Shown in pieces: positions 1 through 21,442 of a stretch of 64,000 nt of DNA. A program made the translations under genes and the position numbers. The DNA is from Schmidtea polychroa (Eukaryota), in NCBI GenBank assembly GCA_044892525.1, contig CM097885.1, positions 238,020,001 to 238,084,000 of the forward strand, given 5' to 3'. The notes beneath the pieces were generated by a model, which saw nothing but the letters and a program-made list of their open reading frames with translations, was not told where the DNA came from and made no database searches. Each line of letters begins with the position of its first letter. Position 1 is the first letter of the stretch.

Positions 1-855
1 TAAAATTTTGTCGAAAAATTTTTTAATTATTCAATTTATAATCAAAATTTAAAAATTTATTAAGCCTCATTTATTGTAAAAAATATATTTATATTTTGAA
101 AATGAAAACTATTCAAACTCATTAATTTCTGTCTTTGTTCCAAAAGTTCTAATTTCAAAAAAAATTTAAATTGGTGTATCTGTTTTAGGAAGTGTATTTT
201 ACCGCTTGTTTGTATTTCTTATTATAAAATTGCATGTGTATGTTTCAATTATTTTTCTACCTATTCTTGAAACCTATAATAAGTTGGTAGGTGTAACTGC
301 TAATGAATTTTCACTACACAAGTAATTTTGTATGTTTCTTTTAATATAATTTAATGTCTATTTTTTATATTATAGGTGGTTTTTATCAAATGCAAATGTT
401 CACTGTGATATTTGTAATATTTTTATGAAGTAAAATTGACATTATGAGACATCCTTTATTAAATTATAATTCTTGTCCATCAAGAACTGTCAAAGGATTT
501 TGCAAGGTTTTTTTTAGGATAACAGCTCAGAGGTAAGGTTGCTTTTCATATATAATGTAGTAGCAATGTTTTGTAAAACAGTGGGGAGAAAAGGAAGATG
601 ACAAAAATACTGTTATGGATGTTGATATATTAAAATTAATTTATAATTCAATTTAAAAGAAAGAATGGATATGCATTATCTAGCACTCTCTGCACGCAGT
701 TTTTTAAGAAAAATGTTAGATCAAAACAATCTTAAACTCGGTGTTCATTGGGAGAGAAAAGGCTTTGAATGCATATTTAAATTTGATAATAAAATAAAAT
801 TATTCGATGCTGGAATTTTTTGATGAGGTTACATATGTAAAAAATATGTTGACTA

Positions 856-3266
856 TGAGGAAGTTGAAAGATTCTTAAAGATTAATTAGAAATTTTGTTA
901 AAATTTAAAATATATTTTTATTGAAAAATATTTTAAGAAAAGCTGAAATTTGTTAAAATAACATATGGTATAATGCATATTACCAAGTGGAGTTAGACGA
1001 AGAATCGCAAGAGAAAACCGCATTCTCAACAAAGAAAAGACAATACTGTTTCAATAGAATGCCGTTCGGAATTGCCGCTGCACCAGGTACGTTCCAGGAA
1101 ATGATGACAAAGGTAATAGGCAAAATAAATGGAGCAATGGTCTTTTTGGATGACATTCTGATTTATTCGAATAATAAAGAAAAACATTATACAATACTCA
1201 GTGAAGTATTAAAAGCGATCGATGAAGCAGGACTAAAGATTAACCCAGAAAAGTGTCAAATAATAAAGAAAGAAATCAGATTCTTAGGACATATAATCAG
1301 TAAAGAAGGAGTAAAAACTGATCCTTCTAAGATGCAGGCTATACAAAACTTTGGGAAGCCAAGTTGCGTAAAGAAACTTCGAAGCTTTCTAGGCATTTTC
1401 AATTATTATAGAAGACTCATCAGTGAGTATGCAAAGAAAGCAATGATGTTAGAACAATTATGTAGCGCTCCGAGTAACAAAAACCTGGAATGGACTGAAG
1501 GAACGAATAACGTATTCGAGGGAATGAAGTTAGCACTGACAACGGCACCGATCCTATGCTTTCCGGATCTGAGAAAGGAGTTCGTTTTAGATACTGATGC
1601 CAGTTTTGATACCATTGGAGCAGTGCTTTCGCAAAGAGATAAAGATGGAAAGGAGAGAGTAATTGCGTATGGATCACACTCGATGACGAGCCATGAAAAA
1701 GGATATTGCATTACAAGGAAGGAATTATTGGCGGTATACTATTTTTTATATTCATTTTAAGCACTGTCTCTACGGAAGGAGATTCACGCTAAGGATAGAC
1801 CACAAGGCGATCACGTTTATGATGACAACCAAGAAGCCAATTACTTCACAATTCCAAACCTGGATCAATTATTTGAGCAGTTTGGATATAATCTTTGAAT
1901 ATAGAAAGGGTGTTAATCACCAAAATGCTGACATGGTGTCCAGAACTAAATGTGAAACGTGTGTTCAATGTCAAATGGCTCACGAAGAAGCTAAGAAAGG
2001 AAAGATAAAAACTAGATTACTAGACTCGATCAGAGAAGAAGGTAGAAGCACCAATCAACAAATAAATTTGGAAGAAGAATTACGAAAAAAACGATGATAC
2101 CTGAAAACGAGATACAAGAAACCATAAAGGAAATACATAGACTATTGTGTCATGCTGGAGTCGAGAAGATAGCTGATTATATGAAAGATAGATATATTGG
2201 GAAAACCTGAGGAGTCAGATTCAGGAAACTTTTTGAAGTTGTGAGACTTGTCAAAAAACCAAGGCTATAACAATTACAACGAAGGAACCAGTAAAAAAAC
2301 TAGAATCAACCGAAATGTTCGAAATTATATTCGTGGATATATGTGGACCAATGCAAGAAACAAAAGGACGTAAGAAGTATATATTGGGTATAATAGACCA
2401 GTATATAACAGCTATAACAAGACAAGACGAGGAAACAATAAAGATTTGGGTGCCCAAAGGAGATAAGAGTTGATTGTGGGAAGGCGTTTGAATCAGGAAT
2501 GTTGAGAGAATTCACAAAGAAACTTGATATTAAGTTATGTTTTCGAGTCCATATCATCACCAAACAAATGGACAGATAGAAAGGCAATTCAGAACAATAC
2601 GAGAGCTGATAAATGCTACTTTACGAGACAGAAGGAAGACGGATTGGGCAGAGGTACTACCAGAAGTCGAATTTGCATTAAATGCAATCAAACAAAAAAC
2701 GACAGGAAAAAGCCCGGCAGAGATAGTTTTTGGAAAAAAGATTAGCAGGGAGAAACGGTACGGGTCAAAAGAAAAATAGGTAAAGGAAGAACAAGAAGAA
2801 CAAACAAGGAGGAAATTTGACGTAGGAGAAGATGTGTTAGTACAATTAGAAACACGCAACAAAAGCCAGGACAGATATGAGGGACCATATAAAGTGATCT
2901 AGAAAGTGCATGACAGACGATATATCTTAAGAAACGAGAATGGTAAAAAGATTGAAAGAAACGTGGAAAAACTTTAAAAATTTCTTAAGGAAGGGGATAT
3001 GAGGAAGTTGAGAGATTCTTAAAGATTAATTAGAAATTTTGTTAAAATCTAAAATATATTTTTATTGAAAAATATTTGAAAAAGATGAACGAAATTTATC
3101 ATTTTTAAAAAATATTTTTATATATTTTTATTCTAAAATATTTTTATTTTAAGAAAAACTGAAATTTGTTTAAATAACAAATTTAAGAAGAGACAAGTTT
3201 TTGAGTATATAATTTATTAAATAAAATTTATGGAATTATTTAGTGATTTGAAAACGGATGTTCTCA
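856..3266 (+). mobile_element. Degenerate Ty3/Gypsy LTR retrotransposon (truncated 5' LTR fused to a 5'-deleted pol; 3' LTR ~3000-3266)
   Basis: 856-963 repeats the start of the sequence at 3000 (TGAGGAAGTTGA.AGATTCTTAAAG). A polypurine tract AAGGAAGGGGA lies just before 3000, and the LTR ends at TTCTCA (3266). pol fragments lie in between. No TSD found. Confidence 0.85.
975..2975 (+). pseudogene. pol: Gypsy pol (RT-RNase H-integrase), frameshifted
   Basis: Motifs RMPFG, FLDDIL, LDTDAS, ELLAV, DHKAI and integrase SPYHHQTNGQIER are spread over several frames with stops. Confidence 0.92.
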
Positions 3267-4192
3267 CGGATGAGAATCCTAATATTGACGATAACAGATT
3301 AAATGTTTGGAATAACAAAAAAAAATATCAACGGATTAGAGGTGGATTGAAATATTTAATCACTTTCATATGAACAACATTTTGGGTTGGGATTTATTAA
3401 AGTCTTTACTTGAATTTTCTATATAGCTTCTTTTGGAGTTTCGTAGACGTTCTTTTTCTACTTTTAGGTAAAATTGGGTAAACATTATTGGAATCCTACC
3501 CATTTTAACTTGCCCACTCCTAACTCACGCTCGGTCGAGTTCGTTTCAAATTCCTTTGATGCCTCTCTAAATAGTCGAGTCTCAGTGCATTCCGGGATTT
3601 TTCATCGTTCGGGTTTCCTGTTGACTCGGGCTTTCCATTAGCGATTAATTAATTTGTAATTAGTTTGTCATTTTATTTTAACTTTCTCTGAAAACCCCTC
3701 GCTAAATTTTTATTATTGTTTTTGGATTCGTCTCATGATTTTGCGTTCAACCATACCTATTTCTCCCGATCAATATTAATTTTCACATTGTATAAATTTT
3801 TAATAAATTTTTGTATTTTTGTTATTTTGTGGTTTTATTGATTTTTATTATGTTTCCGTTTTACTTTGTGCCTTTATATAAGAATAATTTATTTACATTA
3901 TTAAGACTAATTGGATTTACATTTGTGCTTATCTGACATTATTGTTGCAATGGAAAGAGTTTATTCAGTTGTAAATAAGTTTTGGATGGCAGAAAATAAT
4001 GTATTTAATGAAAATATTTTCGACTATAAGATAGTCCTTGTCAATCTGTTTTTTATGAAGGGTTATTTGTTATATTTATACATATTTTTGTGTGTTTTTT
4101 TTGTTTTGAAAAGAAATGTTTATTTAATTTTTAATAAAGTTTTTCGTTTAAGTATTTCTAATGATTTTTGTGAATTATAAATGTATGAATAA

Positions 4193-4459
4193 TATTAGAC
4201 GCAATTAAATTCTATTCTTCTTCCAACATTTATTTAATAATTACAATTTTAAATTCTCTCGTTTTTTCTGAAAATTTAAACAACTGAGGTATAGTAATTA
4301 TTAATATTGATGTAGTTATTGGTCATTAATATAATTACTTTTATTTAAGGCTCCTTAATATAATTAAATATTGATTTTAATATACAAATTTAACTCAAAC
4401 CTATTTTAAACAACTGATTACATAATTATACTTAAATAGGAGTTTTGAAACGTTTGACA
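4193..4459 (-). mobile_element. Solo LTR related to the Gypsy LTR at 42290-42583
   Basis: Begins (T)ATTAGACGCAATTAAATTC, matching 42290 and 9182. Ends ...TGACA. Confidence 0.65.
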
Positions 4460-5565
4460 TGGAGTAAAGAAACTAAAATGTCGGGGGTCTACCGGCATCC
4501 TGTATTCAACCTAACATATTAGGTAACTTTATTTTTAAATTAAAATTATTGTAAAATAAAATAAATCAACAAGGTTCTTATTAAATAAAATATATAAACC
4601 TTTTTAAAATTTCTATTTGGATATATTTATTTTGTTCAATATTTATTATATTAAATTAAAGCCTTAAATAATAGTATTATAAGAACTTCTTTCGACTTTC
4701 ACCTCTGATTTCTTTTCAATTTACATTGTATTTATTCAAATATTTCGTATGAATCAGTAAACATATTGTAGATGAGGAAAAGAAAACGCAAGTCAGAATG
4801 CTTGTCGCAACTCGCTGGAAAATGTTACACACAGATCTTCATTCAGCAGGTTTGGTAATAGACCCTGAATATAAAATACAAGATAATGCTTGACAGAGAA
4901 GATCAAGAAGATTTATTTGTTTTAAGAACATCCAAATACCTACATGTATCTTTACCTGAAAAATCGAAACTGGGTTTTGACGAAATCTATTTTATCAACC
5001 TCAAAGCACTACCAGTAACATCACCACCAGCACTAATAACATCTCCAGTAGCACTAGCACCAGCAACAGCATCAGTACCAGCAACTGCTTACTCTTCGCA
5101 TTCTTGGACGGGGACCAATGTAGTGTCTACGCATTACTATTTAATTATTATTTAATTTATTTATAAATTAATTAATTAAATATTTTAAAATTTACAGATA
5201 AAAAGTTCTTGTTTAAATCGAAAGAAAACAGTAAGAGGAAATCTTTCAAACGAAGAAGAGAAAGAAGCACCTTTCAATTTTATGCAATAAAATGTCAATG
5301 TTCAATCTTATTCTCCTCACTATAGATATCAAAAACTAACCATCGATATCTTTACTGATTCATAGTCAATTTTTTAATAAATTAAATAATATTCAAAATA
5401 CTGATATGAAGAAAAATTTTCTTTAAAAACAAAATAAAATTGTAAAATATATAATAAGTTGAAATATTGCTAAAATATTATTTATTTATATATTAGAAAT
5501 TTATTAAGACATTTTTCAAATATATTTAAATGCCGAAAAATAAATTAACATTGTAGAATTAATTT

Positions 5566-12966
<7,401 letters not shown>

Positions 12967-15900
12967 TTAAGTGAATTAATTATTGTTTATTTTTAAATAT
13001 GTCACAAAAGGATGTCTAAAATGGAGAGATTTTTTATTCAAGAAAATTTAATAAAATTATTACAAGAAATTACGTCAAAATATATAGATTATAATTATAG
13101 AATTTTAGTAAATTATTTTAATTCAGAAGTTTAAAACAATTACGATATATTGCTATGACACATATTCAGTTAAACAAAGCGACACAGTTAATAAATATCT
13201 TATTTTCTTTAAGTTTTCTATAAGTTATAATATCTAATTAAATTATTATATCTATTTTTAACAAGGGTTGTTAAACAAAAATCGGAAATTCGATTATCTG
13301 TTTTGGAAACGGTAATCAACCCTGATATTATGTCTATTAAAATATCTGAGTAGAAATTAAGCAATTTAGTGTTGCCGCTCTCTTTCGTATACATATGTTA
13401 CAGGATTGATAAATTTTCAAAATGACTGGTTAGGACATTTTAAGAAAAATCTTTTTAAAATTTCATTAGAAAACATAGTTTTCAACAAATTTTTTCCCCA
13501 TATTTTCTTAATTTTTTTAAAAATAAAAATAATCAATTAAAAGAACTCTAAACGAGGATTTTGTTTTATCTATCAAGACGCGGTGATAAAACTATTAAAT
13601 GAGGATGGTTGACAATCCTAGTGTGTTATGGTATATAAGAATGATAATACTGTTGGGCTATAACTGATTTCGAGCCTATGTGATTGAATAGTGACTGAAA
13701 GACGCCGAAACATAACACGCAGGCATAACATTAAATTGAGTCAAAATCAAACACATTTAAACGTCAGTTAAACAAATAAATAGAATTCACCCAACACCAA
13801 AAACTAATATGAAACAAAAGCAAGAAGTATTGCATGAAATCCACTCAAAACAGAACATAGATACATAACAAAAGTAAGCAAATTTGAATTATTGGCGATG
13901 AGGAGAGATAGGAATGAGAATTAGAAAGATTTCCACAAAATAACATCAAAAAATGAAGTAGGAGTAAAATATTAACAATAAAAATTAATAGAAAACTAAA
14001 ATATTCTATTAAAATGGCGAAATCCATCATGACTCAAGAACTAAAATAAATATGAATTCGTTAATTAAATCTGTAAAACAACATAGAATATTCTAGAAAA
14101 AAACCAAATCCATCATGGTGACGAAATTAATTAAAAATAAATAAAATTTAAAAATTAGAAAAAATAAGTAATAGCTTGCAAAATATCGCATTCAAAATTG
14201 ATAATTAAAATTCAAAAATAAGTAGAATTAAAATAATTCAAATTTGTTTTACTGAATCAATGCACGCGCACATACTCGCACACCAAAATTAGGGTATATA
14301 TACCGATGCATTTCAGTCACAGTTTAATCTATTTGTGAATTTAATAATAATTTAAAACAAAAACTCTTTTGCCAATTTATTACAATATACTAGTAAGTAA
14401 ATTTTGGACACTAAGAGCTCGTCCCCATAATGTCCAGTGGCCAATGGGTAACGAGTATTTAAATTACTCTAGACTCAAATTTCTAACAGAACGCAATAGA
14501 CACATCAACGATACCTATCATATAAGTAAAGTCACAGGTCAGAATCTGTCAGATCATCATGCTTAAATGAGTAAAATAAGCTAAGATCCCTGCCAAATTT
14601 TTCAAAAGTCAATTATAACTTTAACTTAAAGGAAATATATGAAAAATAAGGGCAGAAAAAGTTCGCTCACAGTGTGCAGAAACACGGTCTGATATAAGTA
14701 CCCGATCGAGAATTTGCAGTCTGATTTCTAACAAATGTCAAACCCGATCGATTATCACGGATGAAGAAATAATCCGGAAGCAGGAACTATATCAGCCGGC
14801 CGGTATTGAGCGTCCCAGCTCGAACAGCAAGACAAATAGAAGCTCCCCGAACAGTCCAGTCCACAGCATACGATAATTCCGCAACGAGAGTAGCTATGGA
14901 CGAAAATCCAGGCATGTAACAGTGGCTTCCGTATTGAGAATGTAAAACGTAAGCGGTTAACGACATCAATCAGGCAATCGGAAGGTTACGGCACCTTGAA
15001 GAGAAAATTGAACTGGGCATCATTGGCAATACCGATGACGAACATCTATGCAGCCATGGTGAGGAGCGGCAGAAGAATCTGTCTGAACTGCATAATCGAC
15101 CATGGAAACTCCGATTTATGTTTTTTTGAGATGCGAGGAGCCCCACGGAAACGTGGACGACCGCGCGCTTTTTGAACGAACCCTACCTTCTAGATAGCTT
15201 TCCAGGATAATGACATTTTGTGTTTGTCCTATTCAATTATAAAATAGATCATTTTGTTAGTTATTTGATTGAGTGATGCGGTTGTTGGGTAAACATACAT
15301 TGTGGACATAATAATTGGTAGTAGCAACCGGTGTCTGCAATATTAAATATAGACTGAACCAAATTTATATAGGTAAAAATGATAACCATTATGTTAAATT
15401 GCTAGTACTACAAGGGAAATATTATAGTAACAAAAGTTATATTGACAAATTATATATTACAATATCTGTCGATAAATTACAGCGATACCATCGTATGGAT
15501 AAATTAGAGAGCCTCAATTGCGGAGATAAATTTACTAGTAGTAATACGAGCAGATAAATCACCACTAAAAATGTACAAACGTGCGAGAATAAATGAAAGA
15601 CCAAAGTTCCTGACTTTTTAATAAAAATTAATATACGATTTCTTCGGATTATTGCTTAGTTATTATTATTGATGTTATTTAGTAGTATTTGATATACCTG
15701 AACAATGGAAAACCCCGATTATTGAGGAGATTCACTCGGGGATTGCACCTAGCACAAGAGAGAATTAATCGAAACACTAAATTTATCTATAAAACCTGTA
15801 ATAATTTGATATTAAAAAGTGTTCATATTTAATTCCCGTGTTAAAGCTATAAGAATATATGCGAGTCGATCGCGAGGAACCGACGCGACTAGTAGAAGTG

Positions 15901-17440
15901 CTCCGTAACCGAGTGGAGGTACTCAAGGAACAAGTGCGAAAGATGGAAGGGACGTGGTCCTGTCCCGAGGGGATGCGGAAATGTCTCCAACAACTCAAGA
16001 CGTTACAGTTAAAAGCAGAGCATGACCGGCTGTAAATGCGAGTCTTAAAGATGCAGCTCAGACAGTAAGGGGCTCGGGAGCACCAGGACATTAACGAACA
16101 ACACTTGGTAGAACCAATATTAACGAAGCCGACAACTCAACTACAAAGAGCCGAATGCCCAATCCACCTCAAATCATCGTACAACTACCAAATTGAGTAA
16201 AACCACGAAGCGTAATAAGCCAAGCAAGCTCATACAAAACCTTCAAAAATAAAATAATTCACTTATGAAACAGCCAAATAATTATATGACTTATATCTTG
16301 AAGATAACTATTAGGCATGTGATCTCTCTGCCTGGTCAGCGAATTAAATGATGAAAACGTTCGATTTATTGATTTTTAGTTCATCTCATTATTTTCTCAT
16401 TTATCGTTCGGGTTCTTCACATGTTTCGTCATTTATTTAATCTTGTTACTGCTACTACCAATACGTGTGGCTTTTTTCATTTAAAACTTGTATAGATTAG
16501 AAGTGTTTAGAACTTTAGAACATTTTGGAAAATAACAGAATATTTTAGAAGACTTTGGAACATTCTAGAACAATTTATAGCTTAATATATAGCTCAATAT
16601 ATAGAATCAATATTGCTCATCTAATTTTATTGTTATTACACATGTTTCTCTTAAAATATGCCAATTTTTAATTTCTCAAATTTTTAATTAATTTATTGAT
16701 TCTAAATTTTTAAGTTATTGCAAAGTTTTGGTATTTTATCATTTTAAATATTAAATTTCTATGCACATCCAATTTTTTTTGCACCACACTAGACGAATCC
16801 CAACAATAGAGTCAACATTTGAATATTGCTCGTTAAATTTTCTTAAGGTTAGAAATTATATTTTGAGTGATGGAAAAGAATAGCATTAACAAAATATTCT
16901 ATAAATTTTGCGCATAATTTTGGATTTTTTAAATAAATTTCTTCTACCTTCTATCAGTAATTTTTATAACCCACCAGAATATTATGCTGACAGTCGTGTT
17001 AACGCAATTACCTTTGTTTGAACTCTAAACCTGTTGATGCAATACCAACGTCATTTAGTCATGAATATTGTTGGAGTGAACTAAACTATGTAGTTCCAAG
17101 GTAGATATAGTCACAAATTCACAATTAAAAAAAAATTGAAACCTACCCAAATTTAGCAGAACTAAAAACTGACAGAGATCTTCTACAGTAGCCAGCGAAT
17201 CCCATAGTGGATAAGGCCATTAGCAGTTTCGAAATCAGAGCTACCCGCTTGATACATTCGCAACGTTGTCTAGAAACCAATATACATAATATTATGTGCG
17301 GTTGCGATGAGAGCTGTAAGTAAGGTCATCATTCCAAATATATCAATAGCGATTTTCAATGTAATTTTTACACGGTCATTTCTACCGTATAGAAACAGAG
17401 TTGGATGTAATTTTAAATAGGTTTTCAAACATGCAATTAA

Positions 17441-17618
17441 CCCATTACCTCCAACTGTACTAACAGGGGTACACTTGTTAAAGGCGTGATTTCATGTTTT
17501 TTATAATGATTATCCTGGAAGTAGTGACTCATTTCAACAATAGATGGCACTAATAGTCTACTAAAAAATTCAATATGGTGGCAACGCAACGATGTCAGTT
17601 TGTTTGGGCGTTAATGGG
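17441..17618. mobile_element. piggyBac-like MITE
   Basis: TTAA|CCCATTA...TAATGGG|TTAA, i.e. short TIRs with a TTAA TSD. Confidence 0.55.
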
Positions 17619-17855
17619 TTAATTTGACTTTCAATCACAAATTTTAAGTATAAATAATAAGTGATAAAATTTCATGTAATTAATTAAAATATAAATTCTT
17701 GTATAATGATAATTAAATTTTATTATTATTTTCAATACATTTATGAAATTGTCCAAAAATCGAAATCTATATTAAAATGGAATGGTTTGTTTAACTACTC
17801 TAATTTACTAATTTTTATATTAAGTTCCATGAATTAGTTGACAAATTAACTATCA

Positions 17856-18152
17856 ATGAGTAACAAATCAAACTTGGAAACAAAAGCCCACATAGTCGAC
17901 AAGTCTCAGCAATGTATTTATGATCTAATCAACGTGGCAAAAATAATGAAAAAAAATGCAAAGGTCACGGAGACTCTACAAGCATCAACAAAATCCATGT
18001 GTAATTTAGAAATCCTCATTCAAACGCAATCTAACCAAATTGCAAAATCTAAAACTATCAGTAGTTACATGATAAATCAGGTGGAAGAAATAGACAAAGA
18101 ATTATCTTGTTCAGAAAATTTGAATTCAATTTTAAATGTAATAAAAGTTTAA
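17856..18152 (+). CDS. BORCS7: BLOC-1-related complex subunit 7 (BORCS7/C10orf32)-like coiled-coil protein, single exon
   Basis: 98-aa ORF. The pattern K..IVDK...C..DL...AK..KK.AK..E.L......M...E matches BORCS7 as recalled (KGLLTEKVTTCGTDVIALTKQVLKGSRSSELLGQAARNMVLQE). AATAAA at 18210. Confidence 0.7.
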   Translation: MSNKSNLETKAHIVDKSQQCIYDLINVAKIMKKNAKVTETLQASTKSMCNLEILIQTQSNQIAKSKTISSYMINQVEEIDKELSCSENLNSILNVIKV

Positions 18153-18249
18153 TTTAAAACACTGAAATCAATTATATTTTATTATCTTGATAATTATGGA
18201 CCCAATGTTAATAAAATCAATTCTACACTTTTATTTGAGGCATTTACAA

Positions 18250-19408
18250 TTAAGCGTTATTTTGTGCATTAGCAGGCTTGAGATCACGTATTTGTTTAAT
18301 TAAATATTGTTTTTCTTCATTAAATTGTATCCCATCAGTTCTATCCGTCTGAAAGTTGGATAAGAAATGTATTAACTTTTCTTGATTTTGATACAGAATA
18401 GCATGAATACATTTTGGCTTATTAGGATTTGCAACAAATACCTACAGAGTTATATACAAAAATATATATACTTTATTATAAATTACTTTAAAACAGTGAA
18501 ATGCCTCAAAGCTAATTTGTTTTTCACGACTTTTCAATAAGTTCATCATTAACTTTAAATTGTCTTCATTGGAAATGTATCGATTCATAACATTAAAGTT
18601 ATTCCTATCTAATAGTAATTCACCGAGAAGTTTTAAGGATTGTCGCTTTGTGACATAATTCTCTGACTGAAGCAATTCAGTATACTTAGTAAAAAAATGA
18701 TCAAAATTAGCTTCTAAAAATTCGGCAACAACTGTTTTATGCCGACTTAATAAGTCTTTTAAAGTAGTGAAAGCATCTGAACTGATATCAAAGGCAGTGC
18801 CTTGAACATGTGTAAATAACTCATAAAAATGTTCAGAATTTATGACTTCTTTAGCAAGAATCTCATGTCTAGTAGCTTCTCTAAACATAGCTCCATAATG
18901 AAGAGCTATTTCTGATTTATTATATCCACTCAGCAGTTGAAATAGAATTGAAGTATGTTGCTGTAAATACAAAGCAATAGGAGAGCGATTTCCTTGATTT
19001 CTTCTACATAGCTGTCCAAATAATTCAACAACGCATTTACAACTTTCAAAATCAATAATATCAAGCTTTTCAACTAAATTTTCAAGTCCATTATTATTCA
19101 AAATTTCACTCGTAATATCTCCAAGTATTTCATTTATTCTCGCACGTTCAGAAAGAATAAAGTCAGAATCTTTTTCACGGGGCGCACCTTTATTATCCGA
19201 TCTATCAACAAGCATATCTTTTAATTGAGATAGACATCTCGAAATTTCTTCAATCAACTTTTTCTTATCTTTCTCTGCTTTGTTAGGAGCATTTAAGGCC
19301 TAATGAATATCAAAGTAGGAAATTAAATCTAAGAAGTATTACTTGCAAACATTCTACTAAAGTTTGAGTAAGTTCTTTAGGTGTTTTAGTTCTACCAAAT
19401 AAAGGCAT
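18250..19408 (-). CDS. CAB39: Calcium-binding protein 39 / MO25 (3 exons: 19343-19408, 18487-19299, 18250-18441)
   Basis: Starts [13 protein letters not shown] and contains [37 protein letters not shown] and [15 protein letters not shown]. Two 43-45 nt GT-AG introns keep the frame. Confidence 0.97.
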
Positions 19409-19880
19409 GAGGTTTTTTGAAAAAATTCTAAAATTTAATAAAAAGTAGTTTAACAAAAATTAGGCAATTAATCGAAACATTGAAAACATGATTAATATAA
19501 TAATAAACAGATCTTATCCGTTTAAACAATTTCATTCGATAAAGTACTTTTTAATCTAAATAACTAACATTTGATAATGGTCATGCTGAAAATTTGAATT
19601 TAAAATTAATTTTTTGAGCATGTATCATTTGAAAAAAAGAAAACATTTTAAATAAAGATTAGTGGTAATAATCAGAACTATAAATTTATAAATAAATAAA
19701 TTTTAAGTCCCCAAAAGAAAATATCAAAATGTTGCTTTGTTTTGCTTGGTTGTAAAATGAAAGAGATAAGTTTATCTAATTTTACTTTCTTTTTCTACCC
19801 AGTGTATAACCTTCTTTTTCTATCATTTGACACACGCTGCTAGGCATCGTTGGTACTGTGTCAAATAAGTGGCTGTCAGC

Positions 19881-21442
19881 CATGGCCCCACATCCTAAAG
19901 TGGACCCCCAGGCCAGGATTTTCGGCGGGCCCCCAAACTCTATACCGCTTGATGCTCTACAGGAATTAGGATAAAATAGGGCGGATTAAATGATGGCAAG
20001 AAATTAACATTAAAAATTTATTAAAAATAAACTACAGTTTTTTGCTTTACATTAAAAAAAAACAGACTATGGTAAAAACTTACAATAATATCAAAAATTA
20101 TCACAAAGTAGACTATATTTTCTAGCTTTTGTCAATGCAAATTTTTCAATGACATCATTAAAATCAACTTTCTTTGCTAAATCATTTTCGATACTTAAAA
20201 TTGCTAGATGATTGAGTCGATCTTGACTAGTTGTGCTTCTTTGCCATGTTTTTAATGAATTTGCCGGCCTGCTGAATGATCTTTCAGCTGAAGAAACCGT
20301 TACTGGTACGGTACAAAACAGTTTAATGGCGAGGCAGATATTAGCAAATATACCTTGCAGTTTTTTGTCATAAATTGCATTCTTGAACTTCTTCCAGTTC
20401 CGAAAACTGTTTTGTGAATACTTTTAAGGTGAAGGATTTCGTGCAGTAAGTCTTCTGACAGATCTGTCTCATATGTTTTTACAAGCTTTGATGCTTTTGC
20501 GGTAAGTTGACTATCGTCTAAGTTCTGGAAGTTCAAAATGGGTGAGAATAATTCGCATATGGTGTTTGCTGCTTCAAATCTTGTCTTTAAATCATTGATA
20601 ATATTGGTTCACAAGTAACAGTTGCTTCTCCTTCGAATGGTTTTTGAACTTGTGAATCCATTCGATAATGATTTTCTGTTTGCACTTCAATGTCATATCT
20701 ATCATCATCACCACCTTCACTTTGATCTGTATCGGGAGCTATGTTCTTTTCTTTGAAAAAATTTGTTATGAACTTTCGACCTTGTGATGCTTTTGATTCT
20801 TTCTCAGTTTCTAGTTTCCTCTTCTGAGAGCCAGATTTGTGTTTATAAATTAAAATAGACATAAGCGTTTAATTTATTTTAATTTTTGATAAAAAGTGGT
20901 CAAATTATGAAAACAAACAAACATTAAAAATCACTAGCTGGTAGCATTGGAATAGGCTTCTCTATAAATAAAAAAAACATGTTTGTACAAATAAAAGAGA
21001 AATATAACTTCTTTACCTGCATCATCGTGTTGATGTATGTTCTGACGAAGTTCAAAGACACCTCCATCCCGAAACTCGCTTGCTGTCGCATGCAGCGTTT
21101 TTAATTGTATTTGCAAATTTGAGCTTTAAATCAAAATACGATTGAATTTTTTTTTAAATGTATCAATACAGATAAGTGTTTCCATCGGTAATATCGGTAA
21201 TATATTAATGTCCGAATGGAGATAAATCACCAACACAATGATGAGAGTATTAGTGGAATAATATAATGTGCCTATAGCAAAATGCAATTTTAGTTGATAT
21301 GTACAAAACAAAAGTCAATATTTAATAAGTTTCTTTCTGTCTCATTTTCATCTCATTTAGCTAATCGACCTGCCACGGCGGGCTTCATTAATTCCGGGCC
21401 CTAGGGCTAGAGCCTTGTCAGCCTCCCCATGTGGGGGCCATG
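19881..21442 (-). mobile_element. Internally deleted hAT DNA transposon
   Basis: TIRs CATGGCCCC(C)ACAT with a perfect 8-bp TSD CTGTCAGC (19873-19880 and 21443-21450). The minus strand has the N-terminal KHKSGSQKRK and a hATC dimerisation motif (VPVTVSSAERSFS...RLNHLAILSIE). Confidence 0.92.
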
